Assembly: GCA_035544875.1 (NCBI GenBank) | Contig: DASZZP010000085.1 | Location: forward strand, 316-64,315 | Direction of reading: 5' to 3' | DNA: 64,000 nt | From: Thermoanaerobaculia bacterium | GTDB taxonomy: Bacteria; Acidobacteriota; Thermoanaerobaculia; Multivoradales; UBA5704 | Shown: positions 39,166-49,608 of the stretch, in pieces | How positions within the stretch are numbered: position 1 is the stretch's first letter | Layout: every line of letters starts with the position of its first letter | Translations under genes and position numbers: made by a program | Notes under the pieces: model-generated | Seen by the model: the letters and a program-made list of their open reading frames with translations, nothing else | Told to the model about the DNA's origin: nothing | The model's database searches: none

Positions 39166-42100
39166 CTAGGGATCGTGCGGCGCGGTCTGGAAGACCACGT
39201 CGACCCAGTGGTTAGCGTCGGCGGGGGAGCCGGTCTCGGGGAAGGCGTGGGGTCCGTGATGCTGGACGCCGTTGGGGCCGGCTCCGGCCTCGCCGCTCGG
39301 CAGGGCGCGCAGCGGCGGGTTCCAGACGCCGCGCCAGCCGGCCGGAGCGAGCCTGAAAAAGTCCTCCTCCAGGGCGTAGCCGGTCGTCGAGTGGTACGAG
39401 GCGACGTAGGTGGCGCCGGCAGCGATCTTGACCGGCTGGTCGAAAGTCATCGTCTGCCAGCCGCAGGCGCTCTCCTGGGTGAAAGCGCCGGACGCCAGCT
39501 CCCGGCCATCGGCCGTCCACAGCGAGCCGGTGTGGGCCCCCGAGTTGAGCGCGTGCTTGTAGAAGCGGATGCCGGCGACGTAGCCGTCGACCTCGGCCTC
39601 GAACTTGACGCCGACCTCGACCTCGGCCGGGTCGGTGTGCGGCGGCGTCGCGGCCGGCGTCTCGTCGCTCCACAGGCTGAACCGGAGCGGCGCCGTGGGG
39701 ATGAAGACCGGATCGACCCAGAAGTTGGCGCCCTTGACGATCTCGTGCGGGAAGGCGCTCTTGCCGTGGCGCATGACGGCGCCCAGGGCGGTTAGCGGCG
39801 GGTCAACCGCCTCGGCCTTGGCGAAATAGCCGGGATTGAGAGCGTAGCCGGTCGTGGAGTGGACCGAGGCGACGTACTCGACGCCCGCGGTCACCTCGAC
39901 CGGCACCGCGAAGTCGACCCGCTGCCAGCCGATGCTCGAGCCGGTAGAGCCGGGGGAGCCGGTGGAGCCGAGCGGGCCGGGCGAGCCGGGGTCGTCGGCG
40001 GAGCCCGCGGCGCGAGATTCCACGCCGGCCGTCGCGCTCGCCAGCAGGCGGCCGTCGCCGGCCGTCGGCTTGGAGGCGGCGGTGGGCGCCGGCGCCCAGA
40101 GGTTGACCACGTGGGTGCCGGTGTTGCCCGGCCCCTGGTAGAAGCGGATGCCGGCGACCAGGCCGTCGGTGTCGGAGCGGAAGCGGATGCCGACCTCGGC
40201 CGGCTCGGGGTCGGGATGGGTGGCGACGGCCGGCACGGAGGCGGCCGCGAAGAGGCCGCGCGGCAGGCTGCGGCCGGCGTTGAAGACCACGTCGACCCAG
40301 TAGTTGGCGCCGCCCCCGGCGGGCTGGTCGGGGAAGCTGCCGCTAGCCCCGTAGCTGAAGACGCCGGCCTCCTTGCCGGCGCGCAGCGGCTGGGCGTAGC
40401 GGCCGCGCGCGCTCCAGGCGCCCAGGTCGCTCGCGTAACCGGTCCGGCTGCTGTAGGCGGCGATGTACGGCGTATTGGCCTGGATGGCGACCGGAGGGTC
40501 GAACCGCACCGTCTGCCACCCGGTGGCGCTCTCGCCGGTGGAGCGTGCGACGGCGAGCAGGGCGCCGGCGGCCGAGAAGAGGTGCACGCGGTGGGGGCCG
40601 CGGTTGCGGCGCCCCTTGAAGAATCGAATCCCGGCGACCTGGCCGTCGGCGTCGGACTGGAAGCGCAGCCCGACCTCGATCGGGTTGAGGTCCGGGACCC
40701 AGCGCACGGCGGGCACGTCGGCCGGTCCCCACAGGCTGCAGCCGCCGCTGCCGCAGTCGACGTTCACCCCGACGCCGGCGCCGGGCTGCTCGAGGTTGCC
40801 GCTGTCGTCCACGGCGCGGCTCATCAGGGTGACCGCTCCCGCGGCGCTCGCCATCCAGACGTAGCGGAAGCTCTCGCGCCCCTCGGCGCGATGCCAGGTG
40901 GCGCCGCCGTCGACCGACACCTCGACGCCGCCGACCTGGCCCTGGGCGTCGGCGGCGGTGCCGGTGATCGCGACCCGCGAGCCTAGGCGGACCGAGCTTC
41001 CGGCAGCCGGCCAGATGATCGCCGAGCTCGGGGGCGAGCCGTCGAGCGATGCGCTGGCGGCCACCAGCCCGCTGGCGAGCGTGGCCGGCTGCACCCCCAT
41101 GTCGGCGAACAGGTTCACCGTGGCCTGCTGCATCGCGGCGTTGCCGCGGCCGGCAAGGTGCGAGTTGTCGAGCCCCCAGGCCCACTTGATCGTCCCGGCG
41201 CCGAAAACCAGCGCGCCGCTCGGGTGCCGGTAGAGCGTCAGGTGATGGAGCGAATCGCCCGACAGCTCGTTGAAGAAGCTGCCGGCGGCGTCGGTGCCGT
41301 AGCCATAGAGCACCGGCGCATGGGCGGTGTAGGTGCTCGACAGCCGCAGCAGCCCCGGCGGCCGCGAGCCGTTGTCCTCGTCGTGGTCCCACTCGTAACC
41401 GAGAGTGAACGGCGCCAGGCCGTAGACGCCGCACTCCGGCTGGGCGGCGGCCGGGGTGTTGCGCCACAGCCTCATCTTGCCGTCGGCCGCGGGCACCAGG
41501 ATCTGGCGTTCCTGGGTCGCGTTGACCGCGAAGATCGTGCCGGAAAGCGCGTTCTCCGGGCGCGGCGGGTCGTCGGCGGTGCGGAAGCGGGGATCGCGCC
41601 AGGTGCCGGTGAAGATCGACGACGGGTCGGGCTCGGCGTTGAACGAGGTCTGCTTGTAACAGACCATGGTGCGGAAACCCGCTTCCCAGCGCGTCTTCCA
41701 GAAGATCTCGTTGCCGCTGAAGAAGGCGAGGTGGACCCCGGCGGCGCGCGCCGCCTCGACGTTGGCGCGCTGCTCGCCCGACCAGTACTCGTCATGGCCG
41801 ACCGAAAGAAAGGCCTTGTGGCGCAGCAGCTCGGCGCCGCGGCGGGCGGTGTCGACGCCGGTCGTGTAGCTGACGTCGAAGCCGTTGCGCTCCAGGAAGC
41901 GCACCATGTTGTACTCGACGCCGAAAAACGAGTTCGCCTCGTTGGTCTCGCGCGCGGTCAGCGGCCGGTTGTAGCTCACCCGCACGGCGCCGTTGTAGAG
42001 GCTGGTCCTGAAGAAACCGCCGTAGCTGTTGTAGGCCTGCCAGGTGGTGTCGGAGGTCTGGAAGAGCAGATCGGAGCGGCCGGCCGGGTCGCGCACGACG

Positions 42101-42726
42101 AAGACGATGTGGCTGCCCGGCGAGGCGGTGCCGTCGGTGCGCACCAGCTTGGCCAGGTAGACCCCGGAGGTCGCGCCGGCGGGGATGCTCCAGGAAGCCG
42201 AGACCCGCCAGGCGTCGCAGTCGATCGGCTCGATATTGCACGGCGGCTGGCTCTGCGGCAGCGGGACGCTGGGGCGGACCGCGGCCAGCAGGCGCGCCCC
42301 CTTGCCGCCGTACCAGCCGAGGCGGTAGACGTCGAGGCGGTAGGCGCGGGCCTCCGTCTTGACCTTGAAGGCGACGGTCTCGCCCGGCTCGTAGCTGATA
42401 TCGGTGCTGAAGCCGGCCAGGAGGGGGTCGCTCTTGCCGCCCGCGAGGTCCCAGACCCCGGGCGCGACGCCGGGATTCTGGTTCTCGCGCACGATCGGGT
42501 TGGCAGCCGATGAGCCCTGTATGCCGGGCGCGCCGAGCTCAGCGACCTCAGCGATCTCAGCGAGACCGCGCTGCGGGCTGCAGCACAGCAGGCCCGCGGC
42601 GGCGACCGCGGCGAGCCACCCGCGGCAGCCGGACGGGCCCCCGGGGAGCGCGCAAAAAGGCGCCCTCGCGAGCGGGGCTCGGAATCGAGATCGTCGCGGC
42701 GAGAGCGTGGTGTGAAAGGTCTCCAT
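39166..42726 (-). CDS. Large secreted protein: N,N-dimethylformamidase-beta-like N-terminal domain + Ig-like domain + three DUF4082 repeats
   Basis: ..IVRENQNPG..YRLDVYRLGWYGGKGARL..FQTSDTTWQAYNSYGG.. is the DMFase-large-subunit-like part. There are three repeats of ..EVG(I/L/V)(R/K)F..DG.VAGIRFY(K/Q)G..N.G.H...LW..GWQ...F..PV.I.A...Y.A(S)Y.S.TGYA..NYWVD(V/P)VF. The start (ATG 42726 versus 42837) is uncertain. Confidence 0.8.
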   Translation of the reverse strand: METFHTTLSPRRSRFRAPLARAPFCALPGGPSGCRGWLAAVAAAGLLCCSPQRGLAEIAEVAELGAPGIQGSSAANPIVRENQNPGVAPGVWDLAGGKSDPLLAGFSTDISYEPGETVAFKVKTEARAYRLDVYRLGWYGGKGARLLAAVRPSVPLPQSQPPCNIEPIDCDAWRVSASWSIPAGATSGVYLAKLVRTDGTASPGSHIVFVVRDPAGRSDLLFQTSDTTWQAYNSYGGFFRTSLYNGAVRVSYNRPLTARETNEANSFFGVEYNMVRFLERNGFDVSYTTGVDTARRGAELLRHKAFLSVGHDEYWSGEQRANVEAARAAGVHLAFFSGNEIFWKTRWEAGFRTMVCYKQTSFNAEPDPSSIFTGTWRDPRFRTADDPPRPENALSGTIFAVNATQERQILVPAADGKMRLWRNTPAAAQPECGVYGLAPFTLGYEWDHDEDNGSRPPGLLRLSSTYTAHAPVLYGYGTDAAGSFFNELSGDSLHHLTLYRHPSGALVFGAGTIKWAWGLDNSHLAGRGNAAMQQATVNLFADMGVQPATLASGLVAASASLDGSPPSSAIIWPAAGSSVRLGSRVAITGTAADAQGQVGGVEVSVDGGATWHRAEGRESFRYVWMASAAGAVTLMSRAVDDSGNLEQPGAGVGVNVDCGSGGCSLWGPADVPAVRWVPDLNPIEVGLRFQSDADGQVAGIRFFKGRRNRGPHRVHLFSAAGALLAVARSTGESATGWQTVRFDPPVAIQANTPYIAAYSSRTGYASDLGAWSARGRYAQPLRAGKEAGVFSYGASGSFPDQPAGGGANYWVDVVFNAGRSLPRGLFAAASVPAVATHPDPEPAEVGIRFRSDTDGLVAGIRFYQGPGNTGTHVVNLWAPAPTAASKPTAGDGRLLASATAGVESRAAGSADDPGSPGPLGSTGSPGSTGSSIGWQRVDFAVPVEVTAGVEYVASVHSTTGYALNPGYFAKAEAVDPPLTALGAVMRHGKSAFPHEIVKGANFWVDPVFIPTAPLRFSLWSDETPAATPPHTDPAEVEVGVKFEAEVDGYVAGIRFYKHALNSGAHTGSLWTADGRELASGAFTQESACGWQTMTFDQPVKIAAGATYVASYHSTTGYALEEDFFRLAPAGWRGVWNPPLRALPSGEAGAGPNGVQHHGPHAFPETGSPADANHWVDVVFQTAPHDP

Positions 42727-43165
42727 CAGATAAGGCGCAAACCAGTCTTGATTCCGATCCTCGGCCCGGCGCGGGCGCGATACAGCGCCATCCGGCCGCG
42801 CGACGCGGCGAGGGTGATCATCGCGCCGCGCTCCCAACCTCGCGCCCCCACCCCGGCACAGCCCTGGCCCGAACCTGCTCCGGATGTGCGCGGAGCATAA
42901 CCCAGCGACGCATCAAAATCCAGAGCGCCAGCTGGCCGCGCCGGCGCCGGGCGCAAATGCGTTTGCCGAGGGCGCTCTCGCGCGGCCAGTGCCGGCGGGC
43001 GAACGACTCGCTGACGGTGACGATCAAGGGAGAGCATCCGGCGGTAGAGCCGCAACGCCCCGGCTTCCGCCGCACGCTCCCTGCCGGCGCTCGGCGGGCT
43101 CTGTGACGTCGGTGACATCGGTGCCATGGGTGGCCGCGGTGCCCCTCCGTGCCTGGTATCGCCGT

Positions 43166-43504
43166 TCAGCTCCGCCCGGGCACCAGTCCGGTGGAGCGGG
43201 CGTCGGCGAGCAGCTTCTCGAGCTGGCGGGCCTCCTCGACGGCGGCGCGCCTGCCAGCGGCGGTGAGGCGGTAGTAGCGCCGGCGCTCGTCGTCGTGCGC
43301 CGGGTCGGGCCGCTCCGCCAGCTCCTCGATGAAGCCCTCCGCCTCGAGCCGCTTGATCGCGCCGTAGAGGGTGCTCGGGCTGAGGCGCACCCGGCCGCCG
43401 GTGCGCTCGCCGATCTCCTGCATGATCGAGTAGCCGTGGCGGTCGCGGTCGGCCAGCGCGATCAGGATGTGGAGCGTGTCGCGCGACAAGCTGAGCTCTC
43501 GCAT
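43166..43504 (-). CDS. PadR-family transcriptional regulator
   Basis: ..LHILIALADRDRHGYSIMQEI..LSPSTLYGAIKRLEAEGFI..RRYYRLTAAGR. Confidence 0.9.
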   Translation of the reverse strand: MRELSLSRDTLHILIALADRDRHGYSIMQEIGERTGGRVRLSPSTLYGAIKRLEAEGFIEELAERPDPAHDDERRRYYRLTAAGRRAAVEEARQLEKLLADARSTGLVPGRS

Positions 43505-43568
43505 GCCGCTGACTATATCAGGTCACGTTATAGCGGACAAGGTAGTAGTAGCCGGAGAGCGCCCGTGC

Positions 43569-46037
43569 TTACTCGTGGCTCAGGGCCACGATCGGATCGA
43601 CCCGGATCGCGCGGCACGCCGGAAGCCAGCCCGCGCCGGCGGCGGCCAGGAGCGCGACCGCGGCGACGCCCGCGAACGTCGCGGGGTCCCACGGCGCAAC
43701 GCCGTGCAACAGGCTGGTCATGGTCCGGGTCAGGGCCAGGGCGGCAGCCGTACCGAGCAATACGCCGGCGATCGACAGCGACGCGGCGCGCCGCGTGACC
43801 AGCCAGAGAATGCCCTCGGCCTGCGCCCCCAGCGCGATCCGGATCCCGATCTCCCGCGTCCGCGCGACGACGAGATAGGACATGACGCCGTAGATGCCCA
43901 CCGCGGCGAGGAAGAGCGCGACGCCGGCGAACGCGCTCAAGAGGAGAAGCAGGAAGCGCTCCTGCTCGACCGTATTCGCAACCACCGTTTCGAGCGTCCG
44001 GATGTCGAACACCGCCAAGCTGCCGTCGAGCGTGCGGAAGGCGCTGCGCACCGCGCCGGCGAGCGCGAGGGGCGAGGTCCGCGTCCGCACGACAAGATCC
44101 ATGCCCCAATCGGGAAAGAGCCCGGTCATCGCCTGGGCGAACGGCACGTAGACCGTCGGCTCCGCCGGCAGCGTCAAGCTCGTCTGCCTGACGTCGCCCA
44201 CCACGCCGACGACTGTGAGCCATGGGGCGTTCGGGCCGGGGTCGTGGCACAGGCAGACTCGCCGCCCCTTGGGGTCCTCCTTGTTCCAGAGGAGTCGCGC
44301 CAGCGTCTCGTTGACTAGCGCCACGCGCGGGCTCGCTGCGGTGTCTCCGGCGGAGACGTCGCGACCGTCGAGCAGTGGCAGGTGCAGGGTCGCGAAGTAG
44401 CCCGGGGTAACGACCCGCGCCTTGGGGCTCAATTCTTCCCCGCGCGCGACTGGCCGTCCCTCGACCGCCAGCTCGTCGGTCCACCAGTCGCCGGTGAGCG
44501 GAAGACGATTGATCGCCCCCGCTGACTCGACCCCGGGGAGCGATCGCAGCTCGGCCGCGGCGCTCTCGTAGAAGCCCGCCATGCGCCCGCGCTCGGCCCG
44601 GTACTTGGCGAGGAACGTTTCCTGGGTGTCGGCGGCGGCGGGTGCGCTCTGCGGCGGCGCGATGCGAAACGCCAGCACGCCGCGGGGATCGAATCCCGGG
44701 CGAATCGAGAGCACGCGGGAGACGCTCCGCAGGAGGAGCCCCGCGCCGACGAGAAGGACGATCGCGAGCGCCAGCTCGCCCACTACCAGAGCGGCGCGCA
44801 AGCGCGCCGTCCGGCCTCCCGCCGATGCCGTGCCGGCGACCAACTTGCTCCGGATGTCCTGCCGGCCGGCTTCGTAGGCCGGAGCGAGGCCGGCGAGAAC
44901 TGAGGCAACGAGGCCGGAGAGCACCCCGGCGGCGAGGACCACGGCGTCGAGGCCGATCTCTCCCCGCCGCGGCGTCATCGCCGGGCTGATCCAGAGCAAG
45001 GCGCGGAACATCACGCCTCCGAGAACCATGCCCAGCGTCCCGCCGGCGATGCCCAGCAGCCCGTTCTCGATCGCCAGCTGGCGAACTAGCCGCGAACGCG
45101 TGGCGCCCAGCGCCAGGCGGGTGGCGATCTCCTTGGTGCGCCCGGTCGCCTGCGCCAGGAGCAGCGTGGCGACATTCACGCAGGCAATCAGCAGCACCAG
45201 GCCCACGGCGCCGAGGAGCAGAAGTAGCCCCGGCCGCGCATCCTGCACCATCGCGTCGCGGAGCGCCAGCACGTCCACGCTCCAGCCCCGGTCCGGGTCC
45301 GGATACTGCCGCGCCAGGTCCTGCTCGATCGCGTTCACCTCCGCGAGGCCCTGCTCGCGCGACACCCCGGGCCGCAACCGGCCGAGCGCCGACAGCCAGC
45401 GCGCCCCGCGCCCGCTGCTGTCGCGCTCGAGAAGCAATGGCTTCCAGATGTCGACGTTCTCCGGAAACCGCAACTCGTCACCGGCGACGCCGATCACCAG
45501 GTGGGCTCGGCCGCCGAGCCTGATCGCGCGGCCGACCACGTCGGGAGCAGCGGCGAAGCGCGCCCTCCACAGCCTAGCGCTGATCACCACGACATCTTCG
45601 CTCTCTCGCGCCTCGCGCTCACTCGGGAAGACGCGGCCCAGCTGGGCGCGCACCCCGAGCACCGGAAAAAACCCCGGCGTCACGCTCGCCAGGCGCACGC
45701 GCTCCGGAGCCTCCCTGCCCGCCAGGTTCGCACCGCTGGTCGTGAACGCCGCCATCCGCTCGAAAGCGCGGCTGCGCTCGATCCAGTCGCGCAGGTCGGG
45801 CGAAGACACGCCGAACAGGGAGAATCCCTTCGCGCGATTGCTCTCCGAGATGAGCATGATCCGCCCCGCCTCGGGATAGGGTAGAGGCCGCAGGAGAACC
45901 GCTCGGACTACCGAATAGACGGCGGTGTTGGCGCCGATTCCCAACCCCAGGACCAACGCCGCGGTGGCTGTGAATAACGGATTCTTCGCCAGTCGCCGGA
46001 GTCCGAATTCGGTATCCTGCCGCAGTGTGTCGAGCAT
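43569..46037 (-). CDS. Orphan MacB/FtsX-type ('ADOP-like') permease
   Basis: ATG 46037 follows the GGAGGG SD. MLDTLRQDTEFGLRRLAKNPLFTATAALVLGLGIGANTAVYSVV.. There are two FtsX bundles (..IACVNVATLLLAQATGRTKEIATRLALGAT.. and ..TREIGIRIALGAQ..). Here the permease precedes PadR. Confidence 0.9.
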   Translation of the reverse strand: MLDTLRQDTEFGLRRLAKNPLFTATAALVLGLGIGANTAVYSVVRAVLLRPLPYPEAGRIMLISESNRAKGFSLFGVSSPDLRDWIERSRAFERMAAFTTSGANLAGREAPERVRLASVTPGFFPVLGVRAQLGRVFPSEREARESEDVVVISARLWRARFAAAPDVVGRAIRLGGRAHLVIGVAGDELRFPENVDIWKPLLLERDSSGRGARWLSALGRLRPGVSREQGLAEVNAIEQDLARQYPDPDRGWSVDVLALRDAMVQDARPGLLLLLGAVGLVLLIACVNVATLLLAQATGRTKEIATRLALGATRSRLVRQLAIENGLLGIAGGTLGMVLGGVMFRALLWISPAMTPRRGEIGLDAVVLAAGVLSGLVASVLAGLAPAYEAGRQDIRSKLVAGTASAGGRTARLRAALVVGELALAIVLLVGAGLLLRSVSRVLSIRPGFDPRGVLAFRIAPPQSAPAAADTQETFLAKYRAERGRMAGFYESAAAELRSLPGVESAGAINRLPLTGDWWTDELAVEGRPVARGEELSPKARVVTPGYFATLHLPLLDGRDVSAGDTAASPRVALVNETLARLLWNKEDPKGRRVCLCHDPGPNAPWLTVVGVVGDVRQTSLTLPAEPTVYVPFAQAMTGLFPDWGMDLVVRTRTSPLALAGAVRSAFRTLDGSLAVFDIRTLETVVANTVEQERFLLLLLSAFAGVALFLAAVGIYGVMSYLVVARTREIGIRIALGAQAEGILWLVTRRAASLSIAGVLLGTAAALALTRTMTSLLHGVAPWDPATFAGVAAVALLAAAGAGWLPACRAIRVDPIVALSHE

Positions 46038-46182
46038 GGACCCTCCTCGCCTCGGTATTCCCTCAATACGCCGGCGGCATCGCTTGGTTGCAGGCTCGGC
46101 GCTCTGGGAGCCGTCCGCCCGCTCGCCGGGCCGAGTGCCCACCGTCACAACTATGGGACCGTCCCTCCTTTCGCCGGGCCGG

Positions 46183-46992
46183 CTAGACTGAGGCGAGAAG
46201 CGCCCGAGTCACTCGACGGAGTCGGCCGGGTGTCATCCCGACCGTGCGCCGGAAGACCCGGCCGAGGTGGCTCTGATCGGCGAATCCCAGCGCCAGCGCC
46301 AAGTCGACGAGCTCGATCTCGCCGAACGCTACCGCCGGCACCGCTTGTTCCACACGGCTGCACTGCCGGTACTCGCGTGGAGACACGCCATAGACGCGGC
46401 GAAACGCCCGCGCCAGGTAGATGGGGTGGCGTTGCGCTTCGGCGCTCAGCTCGGCGAGCGAGCGACGCTGGCCACGCTCGCAGCCTCGCAGGGCCTCTGC
46501 GACGTCTCGCAGCCAGCTTTCACAGCGCGCCAGCCGGAGCTCGGCCGCGCTGTTCGCCTGCAGCCGGCCCATCAAGCGAGCAGCGCGTTCCTGCAAGCCG
46601 GTCCGGCCCTCGCGCGCCGCCACGTAGAGCTCGAGTCCCAGGGCCCACGTCACAGCGTTGGTGGCCGTGGCGACCGGCTTCCTCCCTGGTCCTCTGCCCA
46701 GCGCCGCAAGCAGCACCTCGGGAAGCTCCACGATCACCGCCTGGCCGCCGTCCCCCCCGAACATGTCGCGATGTGGGGCTCCAACAGGTTTGAAGAGCAG
46801 CGTGCCGGGGCGGCAAGTGTAGACCTCACCGCTGATGTCTTCGTCGCATGCACCGGCAAGTTGCAGGGTCAGCGTCGCAACCGGCTCCGTATGCCAGTCG
46901 AGGCGGCGGTGTGGCTCGTGTGCCGTGAGCGTGAAACCGAGGCCGTCTGCGACGGCTCGATGCAGCACCGCTCCCTGTGTGACCGTCTGCAT
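46183..46992 (-). CDS. AraC-family transcriptional regulator
   Basis: The C-terminal ..LAELSAEAQRHPIYLARAFRRVYGVSPREYRQ..LALALGFADQSHLGRVFRRTVGMTPGRLR is the AraC double HTH. Confidence 0.85.
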   Translation of the reverse strand: MQTVTQGAVLHRAVADGLGFTLTAHEPHRRLDWHTEPVATLTLQLAGACDEDISGEVYTCRPGTLLFKPVGAPHRDMFGGDGGQAVIVELPEVLLAALGRGPGRKPVATATNAVTWALGLELYVAAREGRTGLQERAARLMGRLQANSAAELRLARCESWLRDVAEALRGCERGQRRSLAELSAEAQRHPIYLARAFRRVYGVSPREYRQCSRVEQAVPAVAFGEIELVDLALALGFADQSHLGRVFRRTVGMTPGRLRRVTRALLASV

Positions 46993-47083
46993 CGAGGTTC
47001 GGTTCGTTCTAGACCGAGTAAGAATCCCCAAACTATTGTAAGCCGACGTCGAGCGAGAGAGCCATTCATCAAGGGACGAAGCC

Positions 47084-47856
47084 GTGAAGACCACCAACGC
47101 AGCACGCCGCGCCGCAGTCGCTGCACTCGGTTTTCATGTGTTCGTCTCGGCTGGCATGGTCTCTGCGGCCGTGGCTGCGAATCCCGCAGCCAAGCCCTTC
47201 CCTTTGATGGTCGGCGACCCCGCTCCGCCGCTCGTCCCGTCTCGATGGATTCGGGGCAAGCCGGTCTTGGTCTTCGCACCTGGCCGAGCCTACGTCGTGG
47301 ACTTCTGGGCCTCTTGGTGCGGGCCTTGCGTTGCCGACCTGCCTCATCTCAATGCGCTCCAGCGGCGCTACTCGAAGGACGCCACGTTCGTTTGGATGAA
47401 CGTCTGGGAACCTCGCCCCAGCGAGCTCGACCGCTTCCTTTCCGGTCTGAAGGAAGAGGTTGGCTTTGCCGTGGCGCTCGACAAGGTCACCGTACCGCCA
47501 GGCAAGGAGATGTCGGAAGCGATGTACGACGGCGGTACGGCGGCGACCGTGAAGTGGTGAGAACGGTGCGGGATCCAGAAGTCCTGAACCACATCGCCTG
47601 GGCGGTGGTCAACCCTCGCCAGAAGTTGCCGGACCGCGACCTCGAACTGGCGCGCCTTGCAGTCGAGCAGGCGGCGGCCTCGGCCCACGACGAGGATCCG
47701 GAGATCCTGCGCACCCGCGCACGCGTGGCCTTCCTGAGTGGCGATCGCGCGGCGGCCATCCGCTATCAGCTGCGAGCGATCGAGCTGGCGCCAGAAGTGC
47801 GAAAAAAGGAGTACGACACTACTCTGGCGGAATACCGCGCGACGGAGGAGCACTAG
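47084..47856 (+). pseudogene. TlpA-like thioredoxin + helical C-terminal domain protein, broken by deletion/frameshift
   Basis: The first ORF has a signal segment and ..YVVDFWASWCGPCVADLPHL.., but stops at 47560 before the expected cis-Pro/beta4 part of the Trx fold. The expected C-terminal module (..LNHIAWAVVNP..DLELARLAVEQA..ILRTRARVAFLSGDRAAAIRYQLRAIELAP) continues in another frame to 47856. Confidence 0.55.
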
Positions 47857-48119
47857 CAGCCAGACAGGGAGGGGAACGAGCAGCTCGCGAGCGCTGCGAG
47901 CTCTATCGCGGTCGCTATGGGCATTGCTGCCCACGCCTCACAGATCCCGGCGTGCGCAATTCACGCACCTGCGGCTCTTCGCCTCGGCGCAATCAGCGAA
48001 TATCAGCGTGACTCGTCGTCGAAGCGTCCAGACTCGTCCGCCGTCTCAGGCTGGCGCAACCTCGGGCACAGGCCCCTCACCCGGGATGGTCTTGCCTCTT
48101 GACAAGCGGTCGTTCCATA

Positions 48120-48448
48120 TCAGCTTAGCCGAGCTAGACACCGGCGGGCCGGAACGGTATGCCGAGGCTGCCCTGCATGTAGCCGAGCAGGCTCCATCTC
48201 CTGGTGCGCCACCATGAGCAGCGTCGGGCCCCACCGCCGGACGTTCTCGAGCTGCGCCGCGCTGCCCGCTCGTCCGGCCGCTTCTTCAGCGAAAAGGCCG
48301 CATACAGGTACTGGATCATCAGCTGGTGCTCGATCTCGGCCGCTTCCTGCAGGGCCGCGACCAGCTGCTCCCTGGTGCGGAGCGCCGCACCCCAACGACG
48401 CCGCCCGCGAAGCCGCCTGTTCCTCGTGCCACTGAGCCGCTGAATCAC
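48120..48448 (-). pseudogene. Fragment of a ferritin-like (PF12902-type) protein
   Basis: ..REQLVAALQEAAEIEHQLMIQYLYAAFSLKK.. then a frame change ..AAQLENVRRWGPTLLMVAHQEME.. then another frame change ..LLGYMQGSLGIPF. Only the first ~100 codons of the family are present. Confidence 0.5.
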
Positions 48449-48514
48449 CTCGCGCCGCCGCGAGACCCGGACGGCACGTTCGCTTCGGGCCGGCCCTCGA
48501 CTGCTAGCCCAGGG

Positions 48515-49510
48515 CTAGTGCCCGGAGAGAAAGCTCTCGACGACGCGCACAAACTCCTCGGGCTCTTCGTAGAAAGGCAGGTGGCCGCTGCGCTCGAAGA
48601 CGGCGAGCTTAGAGCCCGGGATGCCGCGATGGATGTTCCAGGCGACGACCGGCGCCACGTTCATGTCGTAACGGCCGGTGCCGACCAGGGTGGGGAAGCC
48701 GTACTTGCGCAGCTCGGGGTTCAGATCGAAGCGCGCAAGATCCGCCTCGATCGTCTGGTTGACCTTCTTGTTGAAGTGGATATCGGTGAACCTGGACAGG
48801 AAGGCGTCACGCTTCTCGGGTGAGTAGAAGAGCATCGCCAGGTACTCCCGCAGGCTGCTCTGCTGCGCCTTCCGGTCCCCCATCTCATCTGCGAACGAGT
48901 AGCGGTCCTGGCGCTCGGTCCCCTCGGGGAAGACCTCCCTGAAGAGGAACTTGGTGTCGCTCCACTTGGGAGCGGCGGAGTCGAGAATGATGAGATGGGC
49001 GATGTGCTCGGGGTGGCTTGCCGCGTATGCCATCACCAGGTAACCGCCCCAGGAATGACCGAGCAGATCGATCTTCTCCGCTCCGATGTGGGCGCGCACC
49101 GCATCGAGGTCGGAGATCTGATCGGCCAAGCTGCAGCTCTGGTTCGCGGCCAGAGGGGGAGACTGCCCGTCGCCCCGTTGGTCGTAGAAGACGACCGGGC
49201 GCCTGCGGGCGAGGACGTCCCAGGCGTCCGAGCTGTGCAGATAGTCGTGGGGGAAGCCCGGCCCGCCGTTGGCGACCACCAGCGGCACCCCGGACCCGGG
49301 GCCCCGGACCTCGACGTAGAGCGTGGCGCCGGGCGCCTGGATCAGCGTTCCGGTCTCGACCGCCTGGGCGGCCCGGGCCGGCAAGGCGGCAGCGAGCGCG
49401 AGAGCGAGACAGGGGAGCGCACGCCGGACGGAGCGCGGGTGGAGCGGGCGCTGCAAGAGAGCGGATGCATCGACGGCAGCGCCGCATGCCGTCGCAAGAA
49501 GATTCTCCAT
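48515..49510 (-). CDS. Secreted alpha/beta hydrolase (proline iminopeptidase-like)
   Basis: Signal-like N-terminus. ..ANGGPGFPHDYL..DQRGDGQS..LLGHSWGGYLVMAYA (GxSxG nucleophile elbow)..ERSGHLPFYEEP. Confidence 0.85.
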   Translation of the reverse strand: MENLLATACGAAVDASALLQRPLHPRSVRRALPCLALALAAALPARAAQAVETGTLIQAPGATLYVEVRGPGSGVPLVVANGGPGFPHDYLHSSDAWDVLARRRPVVFYDQRGDGQSPPLAANQSCSLADQISDLDAVRAHIGAEKIDLLGHSWGGYLVMAYAASHPEHIAHLIILDSAAPKWSDTKFLFREVFPEGTERQDRYSFADEMGDRKAQQSSLREYLAMLFYSPEKRDAFLSRFTDIHFNKKVNQTIEADLARFDLNPELRKYGFPTLVGTGRYDMNVAPVVAWNIHRGIPGSKLAVFERSGHLPFYEEPEEFVRVVESFLSGH

Positions 49511-49608
49511 CGGGACACCTCCAGTTTGTCGCCGCGAATACTACGCGAAAGGACCACGGTTCCCGCGAACGAAGCCGGCGGAACGGTGCCCGCCGGGGGG
49601 TGTCGAGG

